From the IMG/VR virus record IMGVR_UViG_3300021180_000008, positions 1 through 64,000 of that record: DNA of 64,000 bases. One strand, 5' to 3'. Of the stretch, positions 18,969 to 28,166 are shown piece by piece; the first letter of the stretch is position 1; each line of letters opens with the position of its first letter. The translations under genes and the position numbers were made by a program. The DNA comes from a virus. Below the pieces are notes generated by a model that had not been told where the DNA came from, made no database searches, and saw nothing but the letters and a program-made list of their open reading frames with translations.

Positions 18969-19423
18969 ATAATCCAATACTAGACGATCCTACTAATGAG
19001 TGCTATATCAATGAGGATTCTTGTCGTAAGGAGATCTTCGTATTCGGTTCTAATCTAGGTGGCTTTCATGGCTCAGGTTCAGCAGCCGCAGCTAATGCAG
19101 AACACGGAGCACCATATGGCCTAGGTGTCGGTCCTTGGGGTAACTCCTATGCTATCCCAACCAAAGATAGCAACATAGAAGTACTGCCTAGGAAAGTAGT
19201 ACAACTTTATTGTGAACAGTTTGTTCTTTATGCCCTTGAACATCCTGAGCTTACCTTTAACATTGTGGATATAGGGTGTGGTCTGGCAGGATTTAGACCT
19301 GAGCAGATCGCCCCTTACTTCATGGACGCACCACCTAACTGTAACTTCTTAGGCAAGTTTAAAGAAGTTATCGAGAAACGTAAAGCATTAAAATCAACAG
19401 AGGAGTTAAACGACAATGAGTAA
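18965..19423 (+). CDS. Macrodomain-like (ADP-ribose-processing) protein
   Basis: EIFVFGSNLGGFHGSGSA, SYAIPTK, IGCGLAG motifs. Confidence 0.75.
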   Translation: MNNPILDDPTNECYINEDSCRKEIFVFGSNLGGFHGSGSAAAANAEHGAPYGLGVGPWGNSYAIPTKDSNIEVLPRKVVQLYCEQFVLYALEHPELTFNIVDIGCGLAGFRPEQIAPYFMDAPPNCNFLGKFKEVIEKRKALKSTEELNDNE

Positions 19424-20015
19424 GAAGAATCATCCGGCACTGAAGGTACTTAAAGCCGAGCTTAAGAAGGCAGAAGCAGCCGAAGCAAAAGCTATTAAAC
19501 TTAGGGATAAGCTTGAGGCTGAGAAAGATAAGCTTCAAGAGCGCATAGATGATCTGGACTCTGAATGGTACGACGCAGATAATAAAGTTGACGAACTGAA
19601 TAATGAAGCAACCGAGATACAGGATAAGATTGATCAAGTTGAGAACTATGATCCTTCTAAAGCTGTACCTGAGAAAGGTGCTTTCACAGCTTATAAGAAA
19701 GTCTTTAATAAGACATACGGTCATCAGCTTATCGCTGTACTTGAGATTCCCGCTAAGGCTAAACGCGTAACGCCTCATACCGGTTACAATGATTATAAGA
19801 GCCGTGCCTCAGCTGCTAAGGTTGTAGCTTTTGAAATGATGGATGGCAGCCCACTTAAGATTAAAACTGCCCGTGGTATTTACCACAACTCAGACTTTGT
19901 CTATAAGCTCGGACAAGTTGCTAAGCCCGAAGCTAAGTTTGATCCATGCATGACTGATGCTTGCCGGTCAGGTATCCACTTCTTCATGGATCGTGACTCT
20001 GCTGTAAGGTATTAA
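19416..20015 (+). CDS. Coiled-coil plus DUF5758-like domain protein
   Basis: FTAYKK, LEIPAKAKR, KSRASAAKV, FD....C..GIHFF. Confidence 0.65.
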   Translation: MSKKNHPALKVLKAELKKAEAAEAKAIKLRDKLEAEKDKLQERIDDLDSEWYDADNKVDELNNEATEIQDKIDQVENYDPSKAVPEKGAFTAYKKVFNKTYGHQLIAVLEIPAKAKRVTPHTGYNDYKSRASAAKVVAFEMMDGSPLKIKTARGIYHNSDFVYKLGQVAKPEAKFDPCMTDACRSGIHFFMDRDSAVRY

Positions 20016-20360
20016 GCCATGAATTTGTGCCCAGTCCCACCCCATCACACTGATCCTGAAGTCAAGGCGGCCCCAGGTCAAGTTATCAATGAACTAGCTA
20101 ACGCCCTTAAAGAGATAGCTACGGCTGATGATAAGATGACTGCTGTTATGATGAGGGCTATAGCTAGGTCAATTCTAAGGAGACATAACAAGTGGTAGTC
20201 CAGTATATCGTTACAACATCCCTAAAGATCTTACTAGCCGTGTTAGTGGCTGGTTTAGTTGAGATAGGGTATTGGTCGATTACTATCATGGACTTGGAGG
20301 GGGTAAAGAAGTCAATTGAGACTTCAGCCTTAGGTCACTGTACTATTAAAGGAGCTGAAA

Positions 20361-20846
20361 ATGCCTTCGATGTCACTGTTATCGGTGCTACTGATACCCT
20401 ACACCACCCTAGCCTACGTCATTCACGCAGGAGACATATTACCGGGGACGAATAAACAGCTTAGGCTGGCTCTATGTGCTATACCATTTGGCTTGGCTAG
20501 CTACCTAGCGGGGGACATTAGTATTGCGCTAATAGCCTCTGTAATGGCTTATATAGGTACAAATATAGGCCCAGAGAACTTCTGGCTTATGGGCAACGGT
20601 ACACCAGAGTTTAGGAGTAATATTGTTACAAGAATAGTGGAAGCTTTGAAACTAAAGTTCCCTACCTTACCTTACTGTATAGCTGGTATGGCTATTAAGG
20701 GGTTTGTAACTAATCCTCTATTTGGATGGTTCTTATGTCCCTTGGCCTATTATATCAGTTCAAGGGCTCCAAAAGTATCATTTGATCTAGGTTCCTTAAT
20801 ACTGGGTGTATTCTATGGTGTAGCGCTTTATCTAGTAGCGAGGTAG
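20361..20846 (+). CDS. Integral membrane protein
   Basis: Several hydrophobic segments; AAGGAG SD. Confidence 0.6.
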   Translation: MPSMSLLSVLLIPYTTLAYVIHAGDILPGTNKQLRLALCAIPFGLASYLAGDISIALIASVMAYIGTNIGPENFWLMGNGTPEFRSNIVTRIVEALKLKFPTLPYCIAGMAIKGFVTNPLFGWFLCPLAYYISSRAPKVSFDLGSLILGVFYGVALYLVAR

Positions 20847-20850
20847 TATC

Positions 20851-21108
20851 ATGCTTAAAGCCATACAGTTCTTTACGATTATTTCGTTTATTGCCTGTAT
20901 AAGCAGTATTATTACGTTTAAGCTTATGTTGGTGGAATTTAAGACTGACCATGCCGTTGTTATCATACCACATACGGATGGTAATTTTGTACTTCATGAC
21001 TCTGACTTGGAAAGGGCTAAGCATGATAATGACAAAAGACGGCAAAGGACTATGCTTGGGAAAGCTAACCTTAGAGGGAAAAGCCAAGCTAAGGAAATAC
21101 AAGGTTAA
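20851..21108 (+). CDS. Membrane-anchored hypothetical protein
   Basis: N-terminal TM; GAGG SD. Confidence 0.4.
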   Translation: MLKAIQFFTIISFIACISSIITFKLMLVEFKTDHAVVIIPHTDGNFVLHDSDLERAKHDNDKRRQRTMLGKANLRGKSQAKEIQG

Positions 21109-21385
21109 CGATAATATAGTTAACCAAGATAGAGTTGAAGCTTTAAAGATTATCGAATATGTCAAGAAGAAATTCAATAGGGACTTATTGGGGGAGTATG
21201 TGGATACTGTATCCAGACATGCTTTTAAAAGAGTTAACCTATGGAATCTATCGCCTAAGCAACTAGCTAACTGGCGATGGTATAGTAAGTTTGAGTTGTC
21301 CCTTATTGAGAATATACGTAAGGATAAGCAGCTTGAGGTAAAAAGTAAAATAAAATTAATCAATGGAGGAGATAACTATGCCTAA
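21023..21385 (+). CDS. Hypothetical protein
   Basis: 3' part of track ORF 20951..21385. Confidence 0.45.
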   Translation: MIMTKDGKGLCLGKLTLEGKAKLRKYKVNDNIVNQDRVEALKIIEYVKKKFNRDLLGEYVDTVSRHAFKRVNLWNLSPKQLANWRWYSKFELSLIENIRKDKQLEVKSKIKLINGGDNYA

Positions 21386-21773
21386 TGCAATGTTCACAAC
21401 TGACGGAGCTCAACAACGCCAATACAATCACATTAACGGTTCACGCGAACTTAAGGTTGCCTTGACTTCGGGAAACAACCGTGGTAAATACTTTACTTCA
21501 CACACTCTTCGCGAAACTGTTAATGCTGGTGGTCAAAGCCTGTCTTCCAATTACGTTGCTGCACGCATGGCTAGTTTTTATAAGGATGGGTTAGTTAAAC
21601 GTAAACTTGTTCGCAGCCCTGTTAATAAAGGTCCTGCCAAGGTTTGGGCATTTGCTTGGAAGAAGAACGCGCCAGTTAGTGTTAAGTCCGCAATCTTCCG
21701 TGTCGGTACTAACCCCGCAGCCACATATGTAAGGGACAATAATGTCACTATTACACCTGACGCAACAAATTAA
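21378..21773 (+). CDS. Putative winged-helix DNA-binding protein
   Basis: GGAGGA SD; FTSHTLRE...SSNYVAARMASFYKDGLVKR helix-wing pattern. Confidence 0.5.
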   Translation: MPNAMFTTDGAQQRQYNHINGSRELKVALTSGNNRGKYFTSHTLRETVNAGGQSLSSNYVAARMASFYKDGLVKRKLVRSPVNKGPAKVWAFAWKKNAPVSVKSAIFRVGTNPAATYVRDNNVTITPDATN

Positions 21774-21789
21774 GAAAAGGATAATTAAA

Positions 21790-22677
21790 ATGGTAACACC
21801 ACAAGAGAATCCTGATCTTACTTATTCTAGAGGCCATGCTCTGAGTACAGGTGAATTTACAACATGGAACCCAGTGCGAAGCCTTCATGCTTTCTCTAAG
21901 ACAGATTTGGATACTGATCCTATCTTCTTGGGCATGGAGTGGGAAGTGACACATGAAGGTTCTAATTATAGAAATATGATTAAGAAAGCTGCCTCCTTAC
22001 CAATCTTCGATAAGATTAACTTCGGTAATGGTGGTGCTCCTATCGAGATGCGTACTTGCCCAGGGACTTATCGCTATCTGTCTAAGGTCATTTCTGAAGA
22101 GTTCTTTGGTAATAATCTGCAACAGGATATGTATATCACAACTTCAAATGGCATACATGTGCATATTGATAAGAAGACAGGCTTCCCATCTACTACATCC
22201 CTTAATAAGTTCTGTGTGTTTATTAATCTTCCTACGCATAAAAGTTTTATTCAGGAGATTAGTGGCAGGGCTATGACTAATTGGTGTGCTCCTAATGTAA
22301 TGGATGTTAAGTACTTCGTAGACCTGTCTAAGCTGCCTAAGAAAGCAGTAGCCATAGAGTCTCTGAATAGACTTACTCGTATTGTCGGGGGTGTTAATAA
22401 GAATGTTGAGGGCTCAGGTAAACACGTAGCCGTTAATATTTCTGGTCATGCTTCGACAGTGGAACTTCGTATCTTTGCTTCACAAGCACAAGAAGCTGCT
22501 GTCCTTAAGAACCTTGAGTTTGTAGATGCAGTGATTAGGTTTACCAGAACTCGTATGTATAACAAGTTGACTATTGAGAACTTTGTTAAATATGTTGAAG
22601 AACATCAGAATGACTATCCCAATCTCTATGCTCATTCAGCTATCGTTTCACGTATTAAAACACAGAAGATTGCTTAA
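21790..22677 (+). CDS. Amidoligase (COOH-NH2 ligase type 2-like), copy 1
   Basis: PIFLGMEWEV, IEMRTCP, GIHVHI, AVN, TVELRIFAS; track start 21742, likely start 21790. Confidence 0.8.
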   Translation: MVTPQENPDLTYSRGHALSTGEFTTWNPVRSLHAFSKTDLDTDPIFLGMEWEVTHEGSNYRNMIKKAASLPIFDKINFGNGGAPIEMRTCPGTYRYLSKVISEEFFGNNLQQDMYITTSNGIHVHIDKKTGFPSTTSLNKFCVFINLPTHKSFIQEISGRAMTNWCAPNVMDVKYFVDLSKLPKKAVAIESLNRLTRIVGGVNKNVEGSGKHVAVNISGHASTVELRIFASQAQEAAVLKNLEFVDAVIRFTRTRMYNKLTIENFVKYVEEHQNDYPNLYAHSAIVSRIKTQKIA

Positions 22678-22680
22678 GGG

Positions 22681-23315
22681 ACTACACCCTTAAGGAAGTA
22701 ACGTGGGTCGGATCGTCCTTAATCCTATCCGCATATATCAAAACTTTATTTAGCTTATCCAGACTAGCCATCGAGGTGGGTTTGCGACTGCGTCTTCCTC
22801 TCTTCGCAAGGAGAGATAGAGCGAAGCTCGTTTACCGGCTTATGACGTGTGCCGTATCTGGTGTAGCGGATAGAGTATTGCTGTAAACTAGACGAATCAG
22901 GTTGAAGGCCTACCAACGCGGCCCTGCTAAAGGGTTTCAAGTGTAGGACTATATATCTGTCTATCTAGTCGTAGGCTGGTAATCGCTGATGGTTTTCAAC
23001 GACCTGACGCAACCCAATCGCCACTAAGGGGTAGACTGAATAGGGGATTCTCTACTTGGTTATGCCTAATATAAAGTGACTAGTAGTTCAGCCTGATGTA
23101 AATAGTACCAGTTCCTGGTCTTTGGGTTTAGCGAAAGTCTGCAGATTGCCGTTCTTTACGGAGTGTAACAGTTTGTATAGCTTTATTCGAGATAATCTTA
23201 ATCAGTCATAATACTTAATAGGCTAAGGAGCTGTGAAGGAGTTAGACTAGTCCGTCGGACACTGACTTTGGACAGGATGTCACTCCCTCTTACGTTACTT
23301 CCTTAAGGGTGTAGT
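22681..23315 (+). ncRNA. Large (635-nt) candidate structured RNA closed by a perfect 24-bp inverted repeat
   Basis: actacacccttaaggaagtaacgt (22681-22704) / acgttacttccttaagggtgtagt (23292-23315); many nested helices; no ORF of 60 aa or more in the track. Confidence 0.75.
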
Positions 23316-23323
23316 AAACGCAC

Positions 23324-25732
23324 ATGAAATCAATAAAGAAAGCTGTCGAGATACACTTTAAGAATAATCAGGTTTTTGATATAGATTATAAGCCTGAGGA
23401 TATAAGACTAGATGTTATAGACTGTATCGAGCTTTATAATGTCCCAATGAACCTATTCTTTTCTCAGTTAGCTGAAGCGATGGTTGCTTTGAAGGCTAAA
23501 TATGTAGATTCAAGTAATCTGGTGTTTGGGCATTACGGAGAAAGACAGGGACTTGGGACTGAAAACCTATTTGTATTCGCCTACAAACTATACTCTGTAA
23601 AGGAAAAAAGGGAGATTGTAATGCTACCTAAGTACATGGCTTCATTGGTCACTGGACCTGCTCCAGATATTAAAGAACGGCAAGAGACTAGTATGCATCT
23701 CTTTGTTGATGTTCTTAAAGAAATGGCCAATGATGAGTCTGAGTTGTGCAAGAAGAACAACCGTTCTTGGCTTGCCAAGGATATGTTTGCTTCGCATCCT
23801 AAGGTACATAGGGGATACTATCATCATAAGCATGAGGGAGTTCTTTATGTTATTGATGCTGTATCAGGGGATAAGATACGCAAGGATGAGTCTTGCCTGA
23901 CCACTGAAGGTACGTTTATTCATAAGAGCCGTACCGAGCATTCCAACTTTCAGCAGATGTCACACTCTACCAGAAATAGACTAATAGCAGTAGGACGTGC
24001 ATCAGTACCTGTTAACGATCCTATACTGAGTAGTCTCTATTTCTATGAACCTGGTTCACATCTATATATCAAATATAAAGCAGAGCAGTGGAAGATTGCC
24101 CTTGCTATGCCCAGAGCTTTGAGAAGCATTTGTCAATTGTGGTCAGCCTACTGCGCTTATAGCGGCTCTCAGACCTTGCCTGAATCGGTTGATGATATCG
24201 TAGGAGCATGGACTGCTTTCCTTGGCTTTGCTGGCAGGAATAGAACTCAAGAAGAACAGCTTTACGAGTGTCTTCGTCTTACTTTGGAAGCTACTGGCAA
24301 CAACTTTTATATAGTACCAAAGGATTCCCCTCTATTCCCCGGTATGGTTCTGGAAGATGGTGATCGGCTGGGACAGATGATTGCTCAGAATCCTTATGGC
24401 TCACGTAAGCCAGTGATATGTCTTAATCAAGAGATGCGTGTATTCTGGGATGCAGGTAACCTAGGTCCCAATAGGGCTATTGTTCCTGTTAGCTTGGGAA
24501 CCTTTCCTTTTGACATCTGTGTTAATGTAACTGCTCAGCAAACCATCTCTTCGAGCACTAATCAACAGACCCGTAATAACTATGGAGAACTACTTCAACA
24601 CTCAGCCCGAGTTAATGAAGTTAAGGTCTGCTTTATGATGACCGATGCAGAGAAGAAAGTCTTTGACTATAAAGAGAACCAGCTTAAGGAGGCTTTGGCT
24701 ACACATAAGGCTAATCGCACTAAAGCTTTGGCTGAAGGTAAGCCGTTTATCGAGGCAGCTCCCAGACGTGCAACTGAAGATGAGCCTATCTTCCTTGGCA
24801 TGGAACTTGAAGTGCTACTTAAGTCAGCTTTACAGAACTCTGCCAGCATGAAATCTTTGATTAAGGAGATTGCTGACTCTAAAGTAGGTAATCACGTAAT
24901 CACTAAAGCAGATGGGTCTATTGGCTCGTATGGTATAGAGATTGTGACTATCCCAGCAACCTTGAAATATCATAAGGATATCCTAGATAAACATTTCTTC
25001 TCCCCTCCTAATGAGTTTAACCGTAGGTTGATGGCAGCAGATACATGTGGTATTCACGTCCATATCTCTAAGAAGTCATTGACTACACAGAAGCTTGGGC
25101 AGTTGATGGCTTTTATTAACAATAATAAGAACGGTTCATTCATTAATGCTTTGGCTGGTAGAGCCCCTAATAACTATTGTGTACGATCAGCAGTATTGGG
25201 CAACAATACCAAGGGTGTTGACGTATCCGCTAAGGTAGTTAAGAAGGCTTGTAAAGACGGGGATATCAAGAAGGGGCTTGCCTTCCGGCGTATTGAAGGG
25301 GCATCTCACTATGATGCTGTTAATATCCAGAACGCTAATACCGTAGAAATCCGTATCTTTAAATCTTCTACAGACAAACACCGTATCTTCCGTATACTTG
25401 AGTTCTGTGAATCTCTTGTCAAGTTTGTACGTTGTCATGGTATGCAGCAAATGACTGTGTATGACTATGTACAGTTCCTGCTTAGAAAAGAGAACCAAGA
25501 AGATTATCACCACATGATACTTTGGCTTGCTTCTAAGAATATGATTGGACACACAACTAAATACGCAAAAGATCCTAAGACGGGAGAGTTGCGTAAGAAG
25601 TTGATACACGTATATGGGGAAAACTTGATACCTTTCCCCAGCTCCTTGTTCCATGCTAATAAGGAAAATTACCCTGAGTATTACGCTAAGCTTAATAAGT
25701 CAACAACCAAAACCAAGGAAAAGGAAGCATAA
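23324..25732 (+). CDS. Amidoligase (COOH-NH2 ligase type 2-like), copy 2, with long N-terminal extension
   Basis: PIFLGMELEV, KADGS, IEIVTIP, CGIHVHIS, YDAVN, TVEIRIFKS in the C-terminal half. Confidence 0.85.
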   Translation: MKSIKKAVEIHFKNNQVFDIDYKPEDIRLDVIDCIELYNVPMNLFFSQLAEAMVALKAKYVDSSNLVFGHYGERQGLGTENLFVFAYKLYSVKEKREIVMLPKYMASLVTGPAPDIKERQETSMHLFVDVLKEMANDESELCKKNNRSWLAKDMFASHPKVHRGYYHHKHEGVLYVIDAVSGDKIRKDESCLTTEGTFIHKSRTEHSNFQQMSHSTRNRLIAVGRASVPVNDPILSSLYFYEPGSHLYIKYKAEQWKIALAMPRALRSICQLWSAYCAYSGSQTLPESVDDIVGAWTAFLGFAGRNRTQEEQLYECLRLTLEATGNNFYIVPKDSPLFPGMVLEDGDRLGQMIAQNPYGSRKPVICLNQEMRVFWDAGNLGPNRAIVPVSLGTFPFDICVNVTAQQTISSSTNQQTRNNYGELLQHSARVNEVKVCFMMTDAEKKVFDYKENQLKEALATHKANRTKALAEGKPFIEAAPRRATEDEPIFLGMELEVLLKSALQNSASMKSLIKEIADSKVGNHVITKADGSIGSYGIEIVTIPATLKYHKDILDKHFFSPPNEFNRRLMAADTCGIHVHISKKSLTTQKLGQLMAFINNNKNGSFINALAGRAPNNYCVRSAVLGNNTKGVDVSAKVVKKACKDGDIKKGLAFRRIEGASHYDAVNIQNANTVEIRIFKSSTDKHRIFRILEFCESLVKFVRCHGMQQMTVYDYVQFLLRKENQEDYHHMILWLASKNMIGHTTKYAKDPKTGELRKKLIHVYGENLIPFPSSLFHANKENYPEYYAKLNKSTTKTKEKEA

Positions 25733-25733
25733 G

Positions 25734-27221
25734 ATGTGTGTCATTATTTGTAAACCAGCAGGTAAAGAGTTGGCTGAGACAGATGTAAGGGGAGCACACC
25801 GTGCAAATCCTGATGGTTTTGGTCTGATGTATTATGACGAAGAGAAGAAAGACATCTTTGCCCGTAAAGAAGTCTTTAAAGAGCCTGATAAGATTATTAA
25901 GGCAGTAAAGGCTTTGAAGGATGTAGACGCTTGCTTCCACTTCCGCATACGTACCCATGGCCCTATTGCCTATCAAACATGCCATCCATTCCGTGTAACT
26001 AACAAAGAGAAGCACGGCATGACCATTTATCTTATGCATAATGGTATTATTCATGGTATGAAAGAGAAGCAAGATGAATCGGATACTCAAGCTTTTGTAA
26101 ACTCATATCTTCATGAGTTGCTTAAGCGTGATCCATCTATGATTGAGTCTGAAGCTTTCCGTGACCTGATTGAGAACAAGATCGGAGCCAATAACAAGCT
26201 ATGCTTTATGTATGGTGAAGGCAAGATCATCCGCTTTAACGAGCGTTCTTGGATGAAGCATGAAGATATGGATGTATCTAACCGTAACTTTGTTAGTTAT
26301 GGAGGATATAATAACTACGACTACACTTCTGGACGAAGAAAGAAGTCATGGGAAAAGGATGAAGACAGCACTAAAAGCAGCGCTGGGACCTCCAGCCCCA
26401 CAGTCATTCCGGTATCGGCCCCCAAGATGGGAGATAAAGGAAAAGTTGCTAGTCTGTGCGGTACTCCTGTCGCTGTGGGGAGTTCTGTCTTTATCACTCA
26501 TCGGCAAGAGCCTGACTGGTATGCTGAAGGGAAGATTACCGATATCAATAGCTCTTTTAGCGTCGCTGTTACTTTTACTGACAGGTTCAACAAACCAGTT
26601 AGCTTCGCTTTTTTCACATCAACCGGAGTATCAACCTACGCCTCAGCAGATGTGGGCTATCAGTGTATACCCATGAACCGCAAGTCGCCAGATATGGATA
26701 AGACTATCAGGACATTGACAGCGTCTACCACCGATCCTCTGCCTAAATCAGATGATGTATGTTTGCTTGAAGATAAGAGTGATAAAAAAAAAGAGGAGCA
26801 GACTCAGTCCGTGACCAAAGAAGCGCACACTTTGAACGTATCACACGGTACTTTGACTGTGGATGCTAACTCTCGTTGGGGTGGCGAGCTTCTTAATAAC
26901 GAGAATGGGAAGGTCTATGACATTACCTATGAAACAGGTACTAGCTTCGTAGACATCTTTCTTATGAGCCCTCAAGATCGTTTCAACTTCTATATGAACA
27001 ACGTTCAAGAGTCCTTTAATATGTGGCAAGACTTGGTCGAGAAAGTGATCTCTGATCAAGTTGACGAGGGTACTCTAGCTTATGAGAATGGTATTCTTAT
27101 GGAGCTAGTACCGCCTGACACTGAAGATGACGATGAAGAAGAGAGCATGTCTAAAGAAGAGATGGAAGCAATGCATGATGCTCAAGATGTCATGATGATT
27201 GCTGCAGGAATGAAAGCTTAG
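25734..27221 (+). CDS. Class II (Ntn) glutamine amidotransferase with C-terminal extension
   Basis: True start MCVII gives the N-terminal nucleophile Cys; NPDGFG, HFRIRTHG, CHPF, MHNG, ESDT. Confidence 0.9.
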   Translation: MCVIICKPAGKELAETDVRGAHRANPDGFGLMYYDEEKKDIFARKEVFKEPDKIIKAVKALKDVDACFHFRIRTHGPIAYQTCHPFRVTNKEKHGMTIYLMHNGIIHGMKEKQDESDTQAFVNSYLHELLKRDPSMIESEAFRDLIENKIGANNKLCFMYGEGKIIRFNERSWMKHEDMDVSNRNFVSYGGYNNYDYTSGRRKKSWEKDEDSTKSSAGTSSPTVIPVSAPKMGDKGKVASLCGTPVAVGSSVFITHRQEPDWYAEGKITDINSSFSVAVTFTDRFNKPVSFAFFTSTGVSTYASADVGYQCIPMNRKSPDMDKTIRTLTASTTDPLPKSDDVCLLEDKSDKKKEEQTQSVTKEAHTLNVSHGTLTVDANSRWGGELLNNENGKVYDITYETGTSFVDIFLMSPQDRFNFYMNNVQESFNMWQDLVEKVISDQVDEGTLAYENGILMELVPPDTEDDDEEESMSKEEMEAMHDAQDVMMIAAGMKA

Positions 27222-27235
27222 GAGTTATAATACAA

Positions 27236-27955
27236 ATGCATGAATACAAATGGGAAATTATCTATCTTGATAGAGACCCTAGGGAATGTGCGAGACAGCT
27301 ATGTGATGAGGACCTTAAGAATCAGGTAATGGACTTACCTATAATGATGTCTTATTGTGCCAGATGTTCTGGCAGAAATGAGTCACAGACATACGCTTCT
27401 TATAACGTTCCTATCAACAACAGATCTTCGATGTTAGCTGATTGGGCTGTAAATCGAGAAGCTAATTGGAAATATCTTTGGATACATTGGACTGAGTGTT
27501 TGAAAGAGCATAAGCACCGTTTTGGTATAGATGCTAAGTCAATAGAGCTAGTAGGGATACTAGAAGCTTACCCAGGCCGCAGACGTTATCGTATGCTTAG
27601 TGGGGCTCCAGCTGCAGATAGATTGGTAGCACCACCTTATCTAGGTCCTTCTGAGTTCACTATAGACAATAATATGACCAATGAGCGCAGCACTTCTACA
27701 CTTAACTCTTATCGTAATATGTATAAGAAACGAGCAGGGATGGAGTTTACTAAGAGGACTGCTCCTCTATGGCTTACTGGACAGCCAGCACCACCTCGTA
27801 TACGTACGCCTAGAGACGAAGAACGTGTAAGTTCAAGACCGACGCGGGCGACCGCTGCTAGACATAGAAACGCAGCGCGAGAAACCTTAAATGATCTCCT
27901 TCGTAGTTATGAAGAGAGAGAAGAAAGGTCAGCCAATGCCTTCAACCCTAGATGA
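27236..27955 (+). CDS. Pyrimidine-dimer DNA glycosylase-like protein (divergent)
   Basis: IIYLDRDPRECARQLCD, W....NW.YL...C.E...RFG, SYRNMY, TKRTAPLW pattern. Confidence 0.55.
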   Translation: MHEYKWEIIYLDRDPRECARQLCDEDLKNQVMDLPIMMSYCARCSGRNESQTYASYNVPINNRSSMLADWAVNREANWKYLWIHWTECLKEHKHRFGIDAKSIELVGILEAYPGRRRYRMLSGAPAADRLVAPPYLGPSEFTIDNNMTNERSTSTLNSYRNMYKKRAGMEFTKRTAPLWLTGQPAPPRIRTPRDEERVSSRPTRATAARHRNAARETLNDLLRSYEEREERSANAFNPR

Positions 27956-28166
27956 ATTACAAGAGTTTAAAGCTGGGACTAAGCTAGTCAGGCAACAAGC
28001 TAGGCAATCTGTATCCCTAAACACTTGGTCTCAATATCTTGCCCCTTTGTTTGATGCTTTAGAAATTGAGCTGGAACAGCAGATAGAGAACGTAGCAAAT
28101 GAAACCGTAGAAGTTGATTACGGTCATGATGAGGAGTTAGAATTTGATGATTCGGAAAAGGAGTAA
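27936..28166 (+). CDS. Hypothetical acidic protein
   Basis: AAGG SD before MPSTL. Confidence 0.45.
   Translation: MPSTLDELQEFKAGTKLVRQQARQSVSLNTWSQYLAPLFDALEIELEQQIENVANETVEVDYGHDEELEFDDSEKE

Noticed and set aside
22681-23315. Group I or group II intron, retron msr-msd, or MITE/invertible segment as the identity of the large element
   Set aside because: The ttcaacgac and actagtcc pieces resemble group I R/S but are taken up in other helices and P/Q are not convincing; no group II domain V; it does not interrupt an ORF; no reverse transcriptase, transposase or recombinase in the window and no target-site duplication. Not formally excluded without a covariance search.
26784-26792. A9 run in the GATase gene as a programmed frameshift site
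   Set aside because: The ORF continues normally for ~140 codons and I see no convincing stimulator; left as incidental
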